Positions 8,775-18,981 are shown, counted from the first letter of the stretch. The stretch: DNA of 64,000 nucleotides from Vulcanimicrobiales bacterium (GCA_038215615.1 JBBQQR010000006.1:60986-124985), one strand, 5' to 3'. A program made the numbers and translations. The notes: generated by a model not told the origin, from the letters alone.

Positions 8775-11700
8775 TGCAACGTCTTATTGCCTTTTTGTTG
8801 ACCTTGACGCTCATTGCGAGTCTGACGCCGGCTGCGCGCGCACAGTCCGACACGGGCGAAATATGGATCACCGTCCAGGACGCGGGGACCAAGGCTCCGG
8901 TCATTTTGGCGCGGGTCTTGCTCGACGGTCCGGTCGTGACCAGCGAGTACACCGGCAACGACGGGAAAGTTCACTTCATCGACGTGCCGGACGGCATCTA
9001 CCGCGCGCGCGTTTTTGCGCGCGGTTTCCAGGCGGTTACGTCTTCGAACTTTGAGGTTACCAACGGCCGCTCGGTCACCGTCGCCGTGGAATTAGCGCAG
9101 TCGCAGGCTCCGCTGCGCACGATTGCATCGGTAGTTGCAAAATCGACAGCCACAGTGTCGACCACGGCTATTTCGAATACGAGCGCCCAGCGCAAGCTCT
9201 CCGATACGCTTGCCGACGCCCTTGGCAAGCTCTCCGGCGTGAACGTCACCACGTCGAGCAACGATAGCGACGCTACGCAAACCGTTTCGCTCGAGGGTCA
9301 GGACGCGAGCCAGACGGCGATGTCGGTCAACGGCATTCCCCTCAACTCACCGGGCATGGCCGGCAACATGCGCGGAATCAATTCCGACCTTTTTACGGGC
9401 GCCAACGTTTCGTTCGGCCCGCAGGCCGGCGGTTTTGGCGGCGGCGGCGTCGGCTTCAATACGCTGCAGCCTTCGCTCTCATGGCAGAGCGCCTTCTCGT
9501 TCTCCGCGGGCAGCAACGGGAAAAACAATTACTCCGCTTCGGAGAGCGGTTCGCTCGGCAAGCTCGGCATCGCGCTTACGCACACATTCCGCGCTACGCC
9601 CAGCCTGCTTGATGGCATGCAATACCTCGATGCAAGCGGGCTGTTCTATTCGCATAACGGCGATCGGAACTCGATCGGAACGTTGGCAAATCTGCGTTAT
9701 CAGCTGACCGATTCACAGACGCTCGGCGCGATGTATGTACACTCCGCGAACTCAGCGAACATGGTCTGCACGCAATTCACCGGCCCCGTTCCCTGCGGGT
9801 TCGGCCCGGACAACACCAACAACACGACCTTCGATCTGTATTCTTTGACAGACAGCGCTCTTATCGGCGATACCCAGGTTTCCGCGTCGTTTTTCGGGAC
9901 GCGCATGAACTCACTCAACGATTTGCTCAACCGCTACGTGAACGGGGTGGCGTCGCCGACGGGCACGCAATCGACCAATTATTCCAGCGGGTTTTCGGCT
10001 AACGCCACACTTCCGGCCAAAGAGCGGCACACGATCTCATTGAGCGGCTATGCGAACAATAGCCGCAGCTCTTTCACGCCACTCGTACCGCAGGCCGCAC
10101 CGTACACGTTTAGTGCCGCGCCGACGAGCTACTGGCAATTGTCGGTGAACGATGCGATACGTTCGAATACGAAGCTGCGTTTTAACGATTCGATCGGAAT
10201 CAGCCACTCGAGCAACGCGCCGTCTTCATTGCTTTTGGGTTTCGGTGTGAACTGGCAGCCGACTACCTCGGATGGCTACGCGTTTAACTACAACATCGGA
10301 GGTCAAGGCGCGCGTTTCGGCCGGCAAGGCATTCTTACTGACCCCGCTCAGCTCCGCATCGATTGTAACGGCAACATCGCCTACGGCAGCGCACCCGGCG
10401 ACCAGTCCGCGGCGAGTTCCTCGACTTCGGCGCGCCTGAGTTACACCCATAAGATGAACGGCGGCCTCATCAGCGCGCAGGTTTACCGGCAAGTGCAAAA
10501 CGGCGTTCTGCTTCCCGTCGACGTGAACGGCGCGGCGCTGCTAGGCGGCGGTATTTTCCCGCCGAACTACTTCGCGACGGCGCACACGACGTTTGTCAAT
10601 GCGTGCGGTGTACCCGTTGGAACTGCGTTTGGGCCGCAGAACACCTATTTCACAACGCCGATTGCGGGCGTGCAGCGCGTTTACGAAGGCTTCCATCTCA
10701 ACGGATATTTCACGCTGGGCAATCTCGTCGTTCAACCGTTCTACGACACGCAAATCGCCAGAGCAAACAGCAACGACCCGCGTTTCACTAATCCCTATGC
10801 CATCACGATTTCGGGCGCTCAGTTGCCGAACGTGCCCCTGCATCGGGGCGGCTTAACCCTCGATTACAAGCCGCCGCGCTCGGTTTTCGAATACCTCGTG
10901 AACGCCAGTTACACGGGCAGCAATAACTCGCAGAACTTGCCGGCATACACGACGGTTGACGCCGGCGTGAATTATCAAACGTCACGGGGCGCGCTGACGT
11001 TTGCCGCGAGCAATATTTTCAATACTTACGGCGGGATCTTCGCGACGTCGCAAGGTGCAGTTCCCTATGTTACTGCCAGCGGCGCGCTCGTTCCGACAGT
11101 TGCACGGCCCAACGCGCCCCGCCAATATTCGGTTACCTACGCGGTGCGCTTCGGCCAAAACGCTGGGCAGAATGCCGGAAACACGCCGAGCCTAGCCAAC
11201 TCGGTCGGTGAGGGGGAGGGTGGCGGCGGCGGTCTTCGGATTGTCGGTGGCGGTCCGCAGGCTGCGCTTATTCGCCAGATGCTGGCGTTGCCCCAAAATC
11301 CGCCTACGAATCCGTTTGCGTTGAACACCTGGCCGGCTTGCACTGCGGACTCGCAAAAAACGATGGAGCCCATCTTAGGCGCGCTCAAAACATTTACGTC
11401 GAAGGTCGAGGCCGCCAAAACGTCGACCGGCTATCCGATGAACGGACCGGTTCCGCCCACGCTTCCCGGCGTGACGATCCAATACCACGGTCTGGGCCCG
11501 ACGTATGCCGTCTCGGTCTCCACAAGCAAGACGGCACTATTGCGTCCGGTCTTTACGTGCGCGACGTTCCACATCGCGGATCAGCAATCCGCACAACAGC
11601 GCAATCTGTATGTCGAACCCAATACCGGCAGCATGTTCGCGCGGCCGACGCTCACGTTCATGCCTGCCGTGGGACTCTATATTGCGCGCCAGCCTCCCGC

Positions 11701-12274
11701 GGCCGGAACCGAGACGATTCGTACCTACAAATTGCCTGCGACGCCTCCGAAGACGCCGTTTGCTTACAACCCGAAGAGTCCGACGTGCACGACTGCCGAG
11801 ATGCGGAGCACGGCACAAGCAGCGCTCAGCGAGTTGCAAACCCACTTTGCAAAGGGTTCGGCGACGCCGAATTGGACGATTACCGCGCACACAGCCAAAG
11901 CCGGTACGTGGTACTCGCTGCAGCCCGAAGATCTCACGTCGGCGCTCGCGTTAGTGAATTGCGGCCGCGTCAGTTCGGGCGTGCGCGATGATCTCACAAA
12001 ACTCGGTTGGGATGGCGGCCCGCCGCCGTCGCTTAGCTACACGCCCGATCTCGGCTTGTACCTCGTTACGGGCGGCTTCCAATTCCGCGGCGGGCAAAAC
12101 GGAACGCCGAATCCCAACGGTACGCCCAACCCCAATGCCCCGCGCGGGGGAGAGGGCGGCGGTTTCGGCGGCGGCTTCTTGATTCCGATATTTAGCGGCG
12201 GGCGTCGGGGCTCGGCGAGCCCATCTCCATCGCCCGCATCGCCGTCACCGGCGCCGAGCTCGACTCCGCACTAA
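8774..12274 (+). CDS. TonB-dependent receptor-like outer-membrane protein with N-terminal carboxypeptidase-regulatory-like domain and long C-terminal extension
   Basis: Signal peptide; TGNDGKVHF/PDGIYR N-domain; plug-like LADALGKLSGV...VNGIP; barrel-end motifs LPNVP, LPAYTTVDAG, NIFN, PRQYSVTYAVRF. Confidence 0.8.
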   Translation: MQRLIAFLLTLTLIASLTPAARAQSDTGEIWITVQDAGTKAPVILARVLLDGPVVTSEYTGNDGKVHFIDVPDGIYRARVFARGFQAVTSSNFEVTNGRSVTVAVELAQSQAPLRTIASVVAKSTATVSTTAISNTSAQRKLSDTLADALGKLSGVNVTTSSNDSDATQTVSLEGQDASQTAMSVNGIPLNSPGMAGNMRGINSDLFTGANVSFGPQAGGFGGGGVGFNTLQPSLSWQSAFSFSAGSNGKNNYSASESGSLGKLGIALTHTFRATPSLLDGMQYLDASGLFYSHNGDRNSIGTLANLRYQLTDSQTLGAMYVHSANSANMVCTQFTGPVPCGFGPDNTNNTTFDLYSLTDSALIGDTQVSASFFGTRMNSLNDLLNRYVNGVASPTGTQSTNYSSGFSANATLPAKERHTISLSGYANNSRSSFTPLVPQAAPYTFSAAPTSYWQLSVNDAIRSNTKLRFNDSIGISHSSNAPSSLLLGFGVNWQPTTSDGYAFNYNIGGQGARFGRQGILTDPAQLRIDCNGNIAYGSAPGDQSAASSSTSARLSYTHKMNGGLISAQVYRQVQNGVLLPVDVNGAALLGGGIFPPNYFATAHTTFVNACGVPVGTAFGPQNTYFTTPIAGVQRVYEGFHLNGYFTLGNLVVQPFYDTQIARANSNDPRFTNPYAITISGAQLPNVPLHRGGLTLDYKPPRSVFEYLVNASYTGSNNSQNLPAYTTVDAGVNYQTSRGALTFAASNIFNTYGGIFATSQGAVPYVTASGALVPTVARPNAPRQYSVTYAVRFGQNAGQNAGNTPSLANSVGEGEGGGGGLRIVGGGPQAALIRQMLALPQNPPTNPFALNTWPACTADSQKTMEPILGALKTFTSKVEAAKTSTGYPMNGPVPPTLPGVTIQYHGLGPTYAVSVSTSKTALLRPVFTCATFHIADQQSAQQRNLYVEPNTGSMFARPTLTFMPAVGLYIARQPPAAGTETIRTYKLPATPPKTPFAYNPKSPTCTTAEMRSTAQAALSELQTHFAKGSATPNWTITAHTAKAGTWYSLQPEDLTSALALVNCGRVSSGVRDDLTKLGWDGGPPPSLSYTPDLGLYLVTGGFQFRGGQNGTPNPNGTPNPNAPRGGEGGGFGGGFLIPIFSGGRRGSASPSPSPASPSPAPSSTPH

Positions 12275-12789
12275 CGCTCGGTTGACGTGCCGGCGAGACG
12301 GGCGCGATCGACCATCTCTTTCATACGCGGATGATCGCCGGGAATCGTGGTCACCCATTTTTCGAATTTGGGGACCGGCTGGCGAACCCGGAAGAGAAAA
12401 TACCAGACGTTCATCTCGCCCATAAACTTGAATCTGCGTTTGATGTCGGCGCTGAGGCCGGCGTACGTCGGAAACGACTGCAGATATCTCTCGAAACCGC
12501 CGTGCGTCTTATCAAGCTCGAGCAGCGTCTGGGCGTTGTGGACGGTCGCACGAATTTTCCTGGCGCTGTGGAGAATACCGGGCGAGTGCAGTAGGCGGTC
12601 GACATCACCCTCGGTGTACGCCGCGACTTTTCCGGCGTCGAATGATTCAAAGGCCTCGCGAAACGATTCCCAGCGTTGGGCAATCGACGCCCAGCTCAGG
12701 CCTGCCTGAAAAACCGCGCGCGTAATGACTTCTAGGTAGTCGTTCAGCGCCGGAGATTCGACCTGTCCTGGGATCGTCGAATGCGCCAT
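12271..12789 (-). CDS. DNA-3-methyladenine glycosylase I (Tag) family protein
   Basis: FQAGLSW, FREAFESFD, KIRATVHNA, KRRFKFMG motifs. Confidence 0.85.
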   Translation of the reverse strand: MAHSTIPGQVESPALNDYLEVITRAVFQAGLSWASIAQRWESFREAFESFDAGKVAAYTEGDVDRLLHSPGILHSARKIRATVHNAQTLLELDKTHGGFERYLQSFPTYAGLSADIKRRFKFMGEMNVWYFLFRVRQPVPKFEKWVTTIPGDHPRMKEMVDRARLAGTSTER

Positions 12790-13967
12790 TACGGTGCGTG
12801 CGCCGGCGCGTCAAAGGCGAGTGCCGTCATCATCGCCACGCCGGCCGGCAGTGCAGCTTCATCGATATCGAACGTGCTGGAATGATGGGGATTCGCGGTT
12901 TCGCCGTTGCCGCGAGCTCCGAGCGTATAAAAACACGCCGGCACTCGTTGAGCGAAAAATGAGAAATCTTCGGCTCCCATCAGCTTATCCGCCGCGAATA
13001 CTCGCCCGTCGCCGAAAATGTTGCGGGCCAGAGTTTCCGCGTAGTGCGATTGGTCGGGATCGTTGGCCGTGACGGGATAGCGCTTCAGATATTGGTAGTC
13101 GTAAGACGCGCCGGCCGCATCGCAGGACGCCTTGAGAATCCGCTCGATCCTCGCCGGCATAGAATCGCGTAATTCTTCGGAAAAGGCCCGCACGGTCCCC
13201 AACATGCGAACCGTGCGCGGGATGACGTTGTGTATCGTCCCACCATGGATCGAGCCGATCGTCACGACCGCAGGCTCAAGCGGATCGATATTACGGCTAA
13301 CGATTTGCTGCAGCGACGTGACGAAACCGGCCGCTGTCAGAATGGGGTCGATCGTATCGTGCGGAGCTGCGCCGTGTCCGCCTTTTCCAAGCACTTCAAT
13401 TTCGATTGAGTCGCTCGACGCGTAAAATGGCCCACTGCGAAAACCGAGCGTTCCGGTTCTATACTTCGAACTTAAGTGCAAGCCGTAGGCGCGCTCGATT
13501 CCAAAGCGATCGATGAGGCCTTCATCGACCATGGCTTGCGCGCCGCCCTGACCCTCTTCAGCAGGCTGAAAAACGAGGCAGACAGTTCCCCGCAGCTGTT
13601 CGCGTCGTGTCGCGATGAGTTCGGCAGCGCCGAGCAAAATGGCAACGTGGCCGTCGTGTCCGCATGCGTGCATGACGCCGTCGTTACCCGACCTGTACGG
13701 ATGGGAGTTTTCCTCTTGTATCGGGAGCGCGTCCATGTCGGCGCGCAGCATGATCGTGCGTCCCGCTTTCGCTCCGCGAATGATGCCGACGACGCCGGTC
13801 CGCGCGATGCCGCTGTGCACGGTGTAGCCGAGGTCACCTAGGCGCGCTGCGATAATTCCGGCCGTGCGCTGTTCCTGAAAACCCAGCTCCGGATGCATGT
13901 GCAGGTCGCGGCGCGTGTCGACGACCTGGTCGACGAGCTTCGCGGGCACTTCAATCGTAGCAGTCAT
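12789..13967 (-). CDS. M20 family amidohydrolase
   Basis: RRDLHMHPELGFQE, LRADMDALP, MHACGHDGH, FQPAEE, GAEDF; start trimmed to MTATIE. Confidence 0.95.
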   Translation of the reverse strand: MTATIEVPAKLVDQVVDTRRDLHMHPELGFQEQRTAGIIAARLGDLGYTVHSGIARTGVVGIIRGAKAGRTIMLRADMDALPIQEENSHPYRSGNDGVMHACGHDGHVAILLGAAELIATRREQLRGTVCLVFQPAEEGQGGAQAMVDEGLIDRFGIERAYGLHLSSKYRTGTLGFRSGPFYASSDSIEIEVLGKGGHGAAPHDTIDPILTAAGFVTSLQQIVSRNIDPLEPAVVTIGSIHGGTIHNVIPRTVRMLGTVRAFSEELRDSMPARIERILKASCDAAGASYDYQYLKRYPVTANDPDQSHYAETLARNIFGDGRVFAADKLMGAEDFSFFAQRVPACFYTLGARGNGETANPHHSSTFDIDEAALPAGVAMMTALAFDAPAHAP

Positions 13968-14099
13968 GGGGAAGCTTGTTCGCCCCCGGGGTGCGGCTGA
14001 CCCCACGCGGCACGGAATCCTGTCGGCAGGGGTCTTCCTTTTCCGTAAACCGCGTGATAGGATTTCCCAACAAACCAAGTCAGTCAGGAGTTCCGATTA

Positions 14100-14414
14100 G
14101 TGTACGTCGATGAAATGTTGAACTGTGTAGACTGTGGGCGTGAATTTGCGTTCACGGCCGGAGAGCAGCAGTTCTATGCCACCAAGGGTTTTCAGAATAA
14201 GCCAAACCGTTGTCCCGATTGCCGCCAGGCACGCAAGCAGATGCGCTCGCAAACCGGAGGCGGCGGTGCGGGCGGCGGCGGCCAGGGCACTCGCGAAATG
14301 TTCCAAGCGACGTGCAGTCAGTGCGGCGGCGTGGCCGAAGTGCCTTTCCAGCCGCGCGGTGATAAGCCGGTGTACTGCCGCGATTGCTTCGCCTCGCGCC
14401 CGAACTCTCGCTAA
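14100..14414 (+). CDS. Zinc-ribbon protein (zf-trcl plus CxxC-x17-CxxC domain)
   Basis: CVDC..FTAGEQQFY..KGF..P.RCPDCR and CSQC..VPFQP...PVYCRDC; AGGAG RBS upstream. Confidence 0.9.
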   Translation: MYVDEMLNCVDCGREFAFTAGEQQFYATKGFQNKPNRCPDCRQARKQMRSQTGGGGAGGGGQGTREMFQATCSQCGGVAEVPFQPRGDKPVYCRDCFASRPNSR

Positions 14415-14428
14415 ATTCGCTTTTGAGA

Positions 14429-15883
14429 CTAGCCCGCCGGAACGCCGGCGGGCTTTTTCTTAATAGCGAGTGTTACCAGCACGCAAATCGCCGCATTAAT
14501 GATAAGCGCATAGAAGCCGCCGTTTATTCCGCCCGGTGCGATTGCGAAGTGAACGAAAAGATATCCCAAGCACTCACCCGCGATCAGTCCTGCCGCCACC
14601 GCCCCGGCTCCAACTCTCGGCCATGAAATCGCGAAAATTACGCCGGGCGCCAGTTGCGTGACGCCGACATAATAAAACAGCAGCAAGTCGACGAGCGAGG
14701 TTTTAAAGAATATCCAGAGCGTCAGTGCCAAGAAAGCTACGACGAGCACGAGGGCGCGCGTCGCCATCGTGCGCTCGCGATCCCCGGTGGCCGCATTGAA
14801 CCAATCGCCCAGGACGTTCTTTGAAAAGACGCTGGCCGCGCCAAGTAGGAGTGTCGAAGCCGGCAGCAGCGCCGCAAGACACCCCGCACTCGCGACGATG
14901 CCGAGCGTGGCCGGCGAATAGTAGTGCTGCATCAGCAGCATGAACGACTGATCGGCGGCAGGCCCTTTCAGGCCCGGCACGACCGCCAGCGCCGTGAAGC
15001 CCGCAAAGAACACGAACAGCAGCACCAGTTGATAGAGCGGCATGAAGATCATGTTCCGCCGCAGCGTCTCGCCATTTTTGGCGGAATAGATGGCCGGCGC
15101 GTTCGCGGGACCCATAAAAAAGCCGACCCCTGACAGTAAAATCGTCGTGACGAACCACGGTACGGTGTAGGCGGCATTTGCGAGGCCGGGCGGCGGAAGT
15201 GTCATCCAATGCGGATGGACTGCAAGCACATGATCGATCATGCCGAGGGGCGATCCAAAAAAACGGATAGGAATGGCAATTCCGGCAAACAGCACCGCTC
15301 CTAAGACGAGCGTGTCTTTTATAACGCTTGCCCATGCCGTGCCGCGCAGGCCGGCCGTGAAAACAAAGAGCGCCATTAAGACAAAGGCAATGCTCACGGC
15401 CGCCATCGCATTATAGTGGCCGTACCCCGCAATCGTCAGCAAGATTTGCAACCCGGTGAGTTGCAGCGTGACATAAGGCACGACCAGGAAAAATTGCAGA
15501 ATCGCGACCGCTATTCCAAGCGGCTTACTCCCGTATCGATGGATAAAAAGGTCCGGAAGTGTTAGCAGCCCATGTTCTTTCCCGAGCCGCCAAATGGGCG
15601 GCAGCAAGAAAAAACCAATACAATAGGCGACGGTCCCATACGCGAGGATATAAAATGTCGCGGCGCCTTTGCCGTAAGCCCATCCGGCCGCTCCCAGAAA
15701 GGTGAAGCTGGTATAAATTTCTCCGGCGAGCAATATCCACAAGAGCAGCGCACCGAACGAGCGGCTTCCGACGATGAATTCGCGCGGGTCCATCTTCAGC
15801 CGGCGCACGCTGAACAGCGCAAAAACGATCGTTCCGAGGATGACGGCGGCGATAATGGTCAGCGCGAGCGTCTCGGGCCTCAT
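14429..15883 (-). CDS. Sodium:solute symporter (YhjB/MctP-like)
   Basis: Polytopic; GSRSFG, GEIYTSFTFLGAAGWAY, GLRGTAW motifs; preceded by DUF3311 gene. Confidence 0.92.
   Translation of the reverse strand: MRPETLALTIIAAVILGTIVFALFSVRRLKMDPREFIVGSRSFGALLLWILLAGEIYTSFTFLGAAGWAYGKGAATFYILAYGTVAYCIGFFLLPPIWRLGKEHGLLTLPDLFIHRYGSKPLGIAVAILQFFLVVPYVTLQLTGLQILLTIAGYGHYNAMAAVSIAFVLMALFVFTAGLRGTAWASVIKDTLVLGAVLFAGIAIPIRFFGSPLGMIDHVLAVHPHWMTLPPPGLANAAYTVPWFVTTILLSGVGFFMGPANAPAIYSAKNGETLRRNMIFMPLYQLVLLFVFFAGFTALAVVPGLKGPAADQSFMLLMQHYYSPATLGIVASAGCLAALLPASTLLLGAASVFSKNVLGDWFNAATGDRERTMATRALVLVVAFLALTLWIFFKTSLVDLLLFYYVGVTQLAPGVIFAISWPRVGAGAVAAGLIAGECLGYLFVHFAIAPGGINGGFYALIINAAICVLVTLAIKKKPAGVPAG
14431..14462 (+). 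terminator. Rho-independent terminator
   Basis: AGCCCGCCGG-AACG-CCGGCGGGCT followed by a T-tract; lies between convergent genes. Confidence 0.8.
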
Positions 15884-16077
15884 CGCGCGCGCCGCAGGCG
15901 ATCCGCGGCCAGCAAAAAGAGCGGTGTGACGGCTACCCAAAACACCATCCACGCCAGCAGGAACGGGAAGCCGAAAACTCGCGGCTCCTCCCGATTGACG
16001 AAGGGAATTGCCAGCGTCAGCATGATCGGCGGAATCGCCGCAAGAGCGACTTGCGTGAAGCGCGCGGCGGGTGTCAT
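15880..16077 (-). CDS. DUF3311 small membrane protein (SSS accessory subunit)
   Basis: PFVNREEPRVFGFPFLLAW motif; ATGA overlap with the symporter. Confidence 0.85.
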   Translation of the reverse strand: MTPAARFTQVALAAIPPIMLTLAIPFVNREEPRVFGFPFLLAWMVFWVAVTPLFLLAADRLRRAR

Positions 16078-16106
16078 CTCAAAGATACTAGTAGTATAAG
16101 CGGCTT

Positions 16107-17690
16107 GTGAAAACCTATGACGCGATCGTCGTCGGCGCTGGGCATAATGGCCTGGTCGCGGCATGCTACCTCGCGCGCGCCAAACGCAAGGTCCTTGTCC
16201 TGGAACGACGGTACATTGTCGGCGGCGCATGTGTGACCGAAGAGCGAACGTTCCCCGGTTACAAAGTTTCGACTGCTGCCTACGTCAACAGCCTATTCCG
16301 CCCGGAGATCATTCGCGATCTTCGGTTGCGGGAGTACGGCTTCGAGTTGCTCGAACGCAGCCCGGCTTCGTTTTCGCCGTTTCTGGACGGGCGCTATTTG
16401 ATACTCGGCTCAGATAAGCAAAGCGAACTCACTGAAATAGCGAAATTCAGCCGTAAAGACGCGCAACGTTATCCCGAGTACGAACAGATGCTCGAACGCG
16501 TCGCGGCCGTCATCGAACCGACACTCGGACAAAAACCGCCCAACGTCGTGCGGCCGTCTGTTCCCGATCTTCTTGGATTGGCCAAGCTCGGACGCGGCCT
16601 ACAAAAACTCGGTCCGCAGATGGGCGAAGCGGTCGAGATTCTGACGGGCGCGGCACGCCCGATTTTGGATCGCTGGTTCGAGTCGGAAGAACTGAAGGCG
16701 ACGCTCGCGACGGACGCCATTATCGGCGCATTCGCGCCGCCCTCGATGCCCGGCACCGCATACGTGTTGTTTCATCACGTGATGGGAGAGACCAACGGCA
16801 AACGCGGGGTCTGGGCTTACGTGCGGGGCGGCATGGGCGGTCTCACGCAGGCACTGGCGAAAGCGGCCGCGGATCTTGGCGTGGAGATAAAAACAGAAGC
16901 GGACGTCTCGCGGGTTCTTGTTTCCGGCGGCAGAGTTCGCGGCGTCGCGCTTTCGAACGGCGACGAATACGCCGCTCGAACCGTCGCGAGCAACGCCGAC
17001 TGCAATGTCACGTTCAATAAGCTGCTCGGACGCGAATATCTACCGGGCGATTTTACAGACGCCATCGACCGGATCAGCTACGACAGCGCATCGGCGAAGA
17101 TCAACGTGGCGCTCGAACATCTGCCGGACTTTACAGCGCTTCCGGGAACGAAAAGTGGCCCGCAACATCGCGGAACAGTGCATTTGTGCCCGGACCAAGA
17201 TTTCATTGAGCGTGCCTACGACGATGCGAAATACGGGGAGCCGTCGCGCGAACCGGTTGTCGAATGCACGATACCGTCGGCGGTCGACGATACGGTTGCG
17301 CCGCCCGGAAAACATCTGATGTCGATGTTCGTGCAGTATGCGCCATATGCGCCGAAAGGCTCGCCGTGGAACTCAGCCACAAGAGATGCGTTTGCGGACA
17401 GCTGTTTCGACGTCGTCGAACGCTATGCGCCCGGGTTCAAAAACAGCGTCATCGACCGCCAAGTTCTCACGCCGCCGGATATAGAAAATATTTTCGGTTT
17501 GACGGGCGGAAATATTTTTCAAGGCGCGATGACGCTCGACAACCTTTTCATGTTCCGGCCCGCGCCTGGCTATGCCGGGTACAGAACGCCGATCGAAGGC
17601 TTATTTTTATGCGGATCTGCCGCCCATCCCGGTGGTGGAGTTATGGGAGCCGCCGGGTTGAATGCTGCCAAGGAGATGCTGAAAAGATGA
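16107..17690 (+). CDS. FAD-dependent oxidoreductase, phytoene dehydrogenase-like (PYROXD2 type)
   Basis: GAGHNGL Rossmann motif, GGACVTEE, GGMGGL, AHPGGGVMG. Confidence 0.9.
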   Translation: MKTYDAIVVGAGHNGLVAACYLARAKRKVLVLERRYIVGGACVTEERTFPGYKVSTAAYVNSLFRPEIIRDLRLREYGFELLERSPASFSPFLDGRYLILGSDKQSELTEIAKFSRKDAQRYPEYEQMLERVAAVIEPTLGQKPPNVVRPSVPDLLGLAKLGRGLQKLGPQMGEAVEILTGAARPILDRWFESEELKATLATDAIIGAFAPPSMPGTAYVLFHHVMGETNGKRGVWAYVRGGMGGLTQALAKAAADLGVEIKTEADVSRVLVSGGRVRGVALSNGDEYAARTVASNADCNVTFNKLLGREYLPGDFTDAIDRISYDSASAKINVALEHLPDFTALPGTKSGPQHRGTVHLCPDQDFIERAYDDAKYGEPSREPVVECTIPSAVDDTVAPPGKHLMSMFVQYAPYAPKGSPWNSATRDAFADSCFDVVERYAPGFKNSVIDRQVLTPPDIENIFGLTGGNIFQGAMTLDNLFMFRPAPGYAGYRTPIEGLFLCGSAAHPGGGVMGAAGLNAAKEMLKR

Positions 17691-18343
17691 GCTCCAAATC
17701 GTTCCTGGTGCCCGACGCGATCTATGAGTACATTCTCGAGACGGCGCTTCGAGAAACGGCGGTTCAGCGCGAACTGCGCGAACGCACGGCAACGATGCCG
17801 CAAGCACGCATGCAGACCGGCCCCGATCAGTTACAATTCATGCAGGTGCTGGTCCGGGCGATTGGGGCGCGACGATGTATAGAGGTAGGAGTGTACACCG
17901 GCGCGAGCGCGCTCGCTGTCGCGTTGGCGCTTCCCGAAGATGGAAAGATTGTAGCGTGCGACGTCAGTGAAGAGTACACGGTGATCGCCAGAGAGTTTTG
18001 GAAGCGCGCCGGCGTGGCGAGCAAAATTGACCTGCGCCTGGCGCCCGGGGAAGAAACGTTGAAGGCGCTCTTAACGCAGCAAGACCGCTACGACTTTGCG
18101 TATATCGATGCCGACAAGACGAACTACGACTCGTACTACGAACTCGTGCTGAGATTGCTTCGACCAGGCGGATTGATCGCAATCGATAACGTCTTATGGG
18201 GCGGTGATGTCGCCGATCTCACGGAAACGGATGCCGATACGGTCGCGCTGCGGACGCTCAACGAAAAGATCGGCCACGACGAGCGCGTCGAGACGAGCTT
18301 GTTGACGATTGGCGACGGACTCTCCATCGTCTATAAGCGGTAA
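17687..18343 (+). CDS. SAM-dependent O-methyltransferase (caffeoyl-CoA/COMT family)
   Basis: IEVGVYTG, DFAYIDADK.NY, DNVLWGG motifs. Confidence 0.93.
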   Translation: MSSKSFLVPDAIYEYILETALRETAVQRELRERTATMPQARMQTGPDQLQFMQVLVRAIGARRCIEVGVYTGASALAVALALPEDGKIVACDVSEEYTVIAREFWKRAGVASKIDLRLAPGEETLKALLTQQDRYDFAYIDADKTNYDSYYELVLRLLRPGGLIAIDNVLWGGDVADLTETDADTVALRTLNEKIGHDERVETSLLTIGDGLSIVYKR

Positions 18344-18348
18344 GGAGC

Positions 18349-18981
18349 ATGAGTACAAAGTTTACCGGCGGGAGCCTCGACAAAGCCCGGTTGGACACGC
18401 TGGTCGATGCGGTGTACGCGATCGGATTGACGCTGCTCGTCTTGGATTTGAAATTGCCCGAGGGGTTAAGGACCTTTGAGGTTCCCGATCATTTGCGCGA
18501 CATGCTGCCCAAGATCGCCATCTACGCGATCGCGTTCTCGACGGTGGCCTTGCTCTGGGTCTGCCACCATTATTATTCCACGCTCGTGACCGGCACCGAT
18601 TTCACGCACGTGATGCTCAATCTTTCGCCGCTCTTGCTCGTTGCGCTGGTCCCGTTTACCGCTGCGGCGATGGGCGCATATCATAACTCGTCGTGGGCGG
18701 TGGCGACATTTACGCTCAACGTCGCGGTTATCTGTTTTCTCTACGTCCTCAACTGGGCGCACTGCAGAAAGCGGCTCGTTCCGGCGAGCGTCGACCGGCG
18801 GTTGCTGGACACGATGTCGGCAAATGCGTGGTATTCTCTGGCGGGCGAAATCCTCGCGACGATCTTGGCGTTCATCGTACCGGTACTCGGCATCGCCGTC
18901 GCGGCGGTCATGGTGCCGGCGGGATTTGCTGCGATGGCGCGACTGGAGCCGCGTATTATGGAGGCGGTGAAGGAGCGCTAA
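18349..18981 (+). CDS. TMEM175/DUF1211 family membrane protein (putative K+ channel)
   Basis: RLDTLVDAVYAI.LTLLVL, W..HH, LVPFT motifs; about 6 TM segments. Confidence 0.8.
   Translation: MSTKFTGGSLDKARLDTLVDAVYAIGLTLLVLDLKLPEGLRTFEVPDHLRDMLPKIAIYAIAFSTVALLWVCHHYYSTLVTGTDFTHVMLNLSPLLLVALVPFTAAAMGAYHNSSWAVATFTLNVAVICFLYVLNWAHCRKRLVPASVDRRLLDTMSANAWYSLAGEILATILAFIVPVLGIAVAAVMVPAGFAAMARLEPRIMEAVKER

Noticed and set aside
12098..12270. NGTPNP x2 and SPSP repeats as a possible array
   Set aside because: Low-complexity coding tail of the receptor; not CRISPR or a mobile repeat
16107..18343. Carotenoid or secondary-metabolite cluster (desaturase-like gene plus O-methyltransferase)
   Set aside because: No crtB/crtE or scaffold synthase nearby; both families are generic
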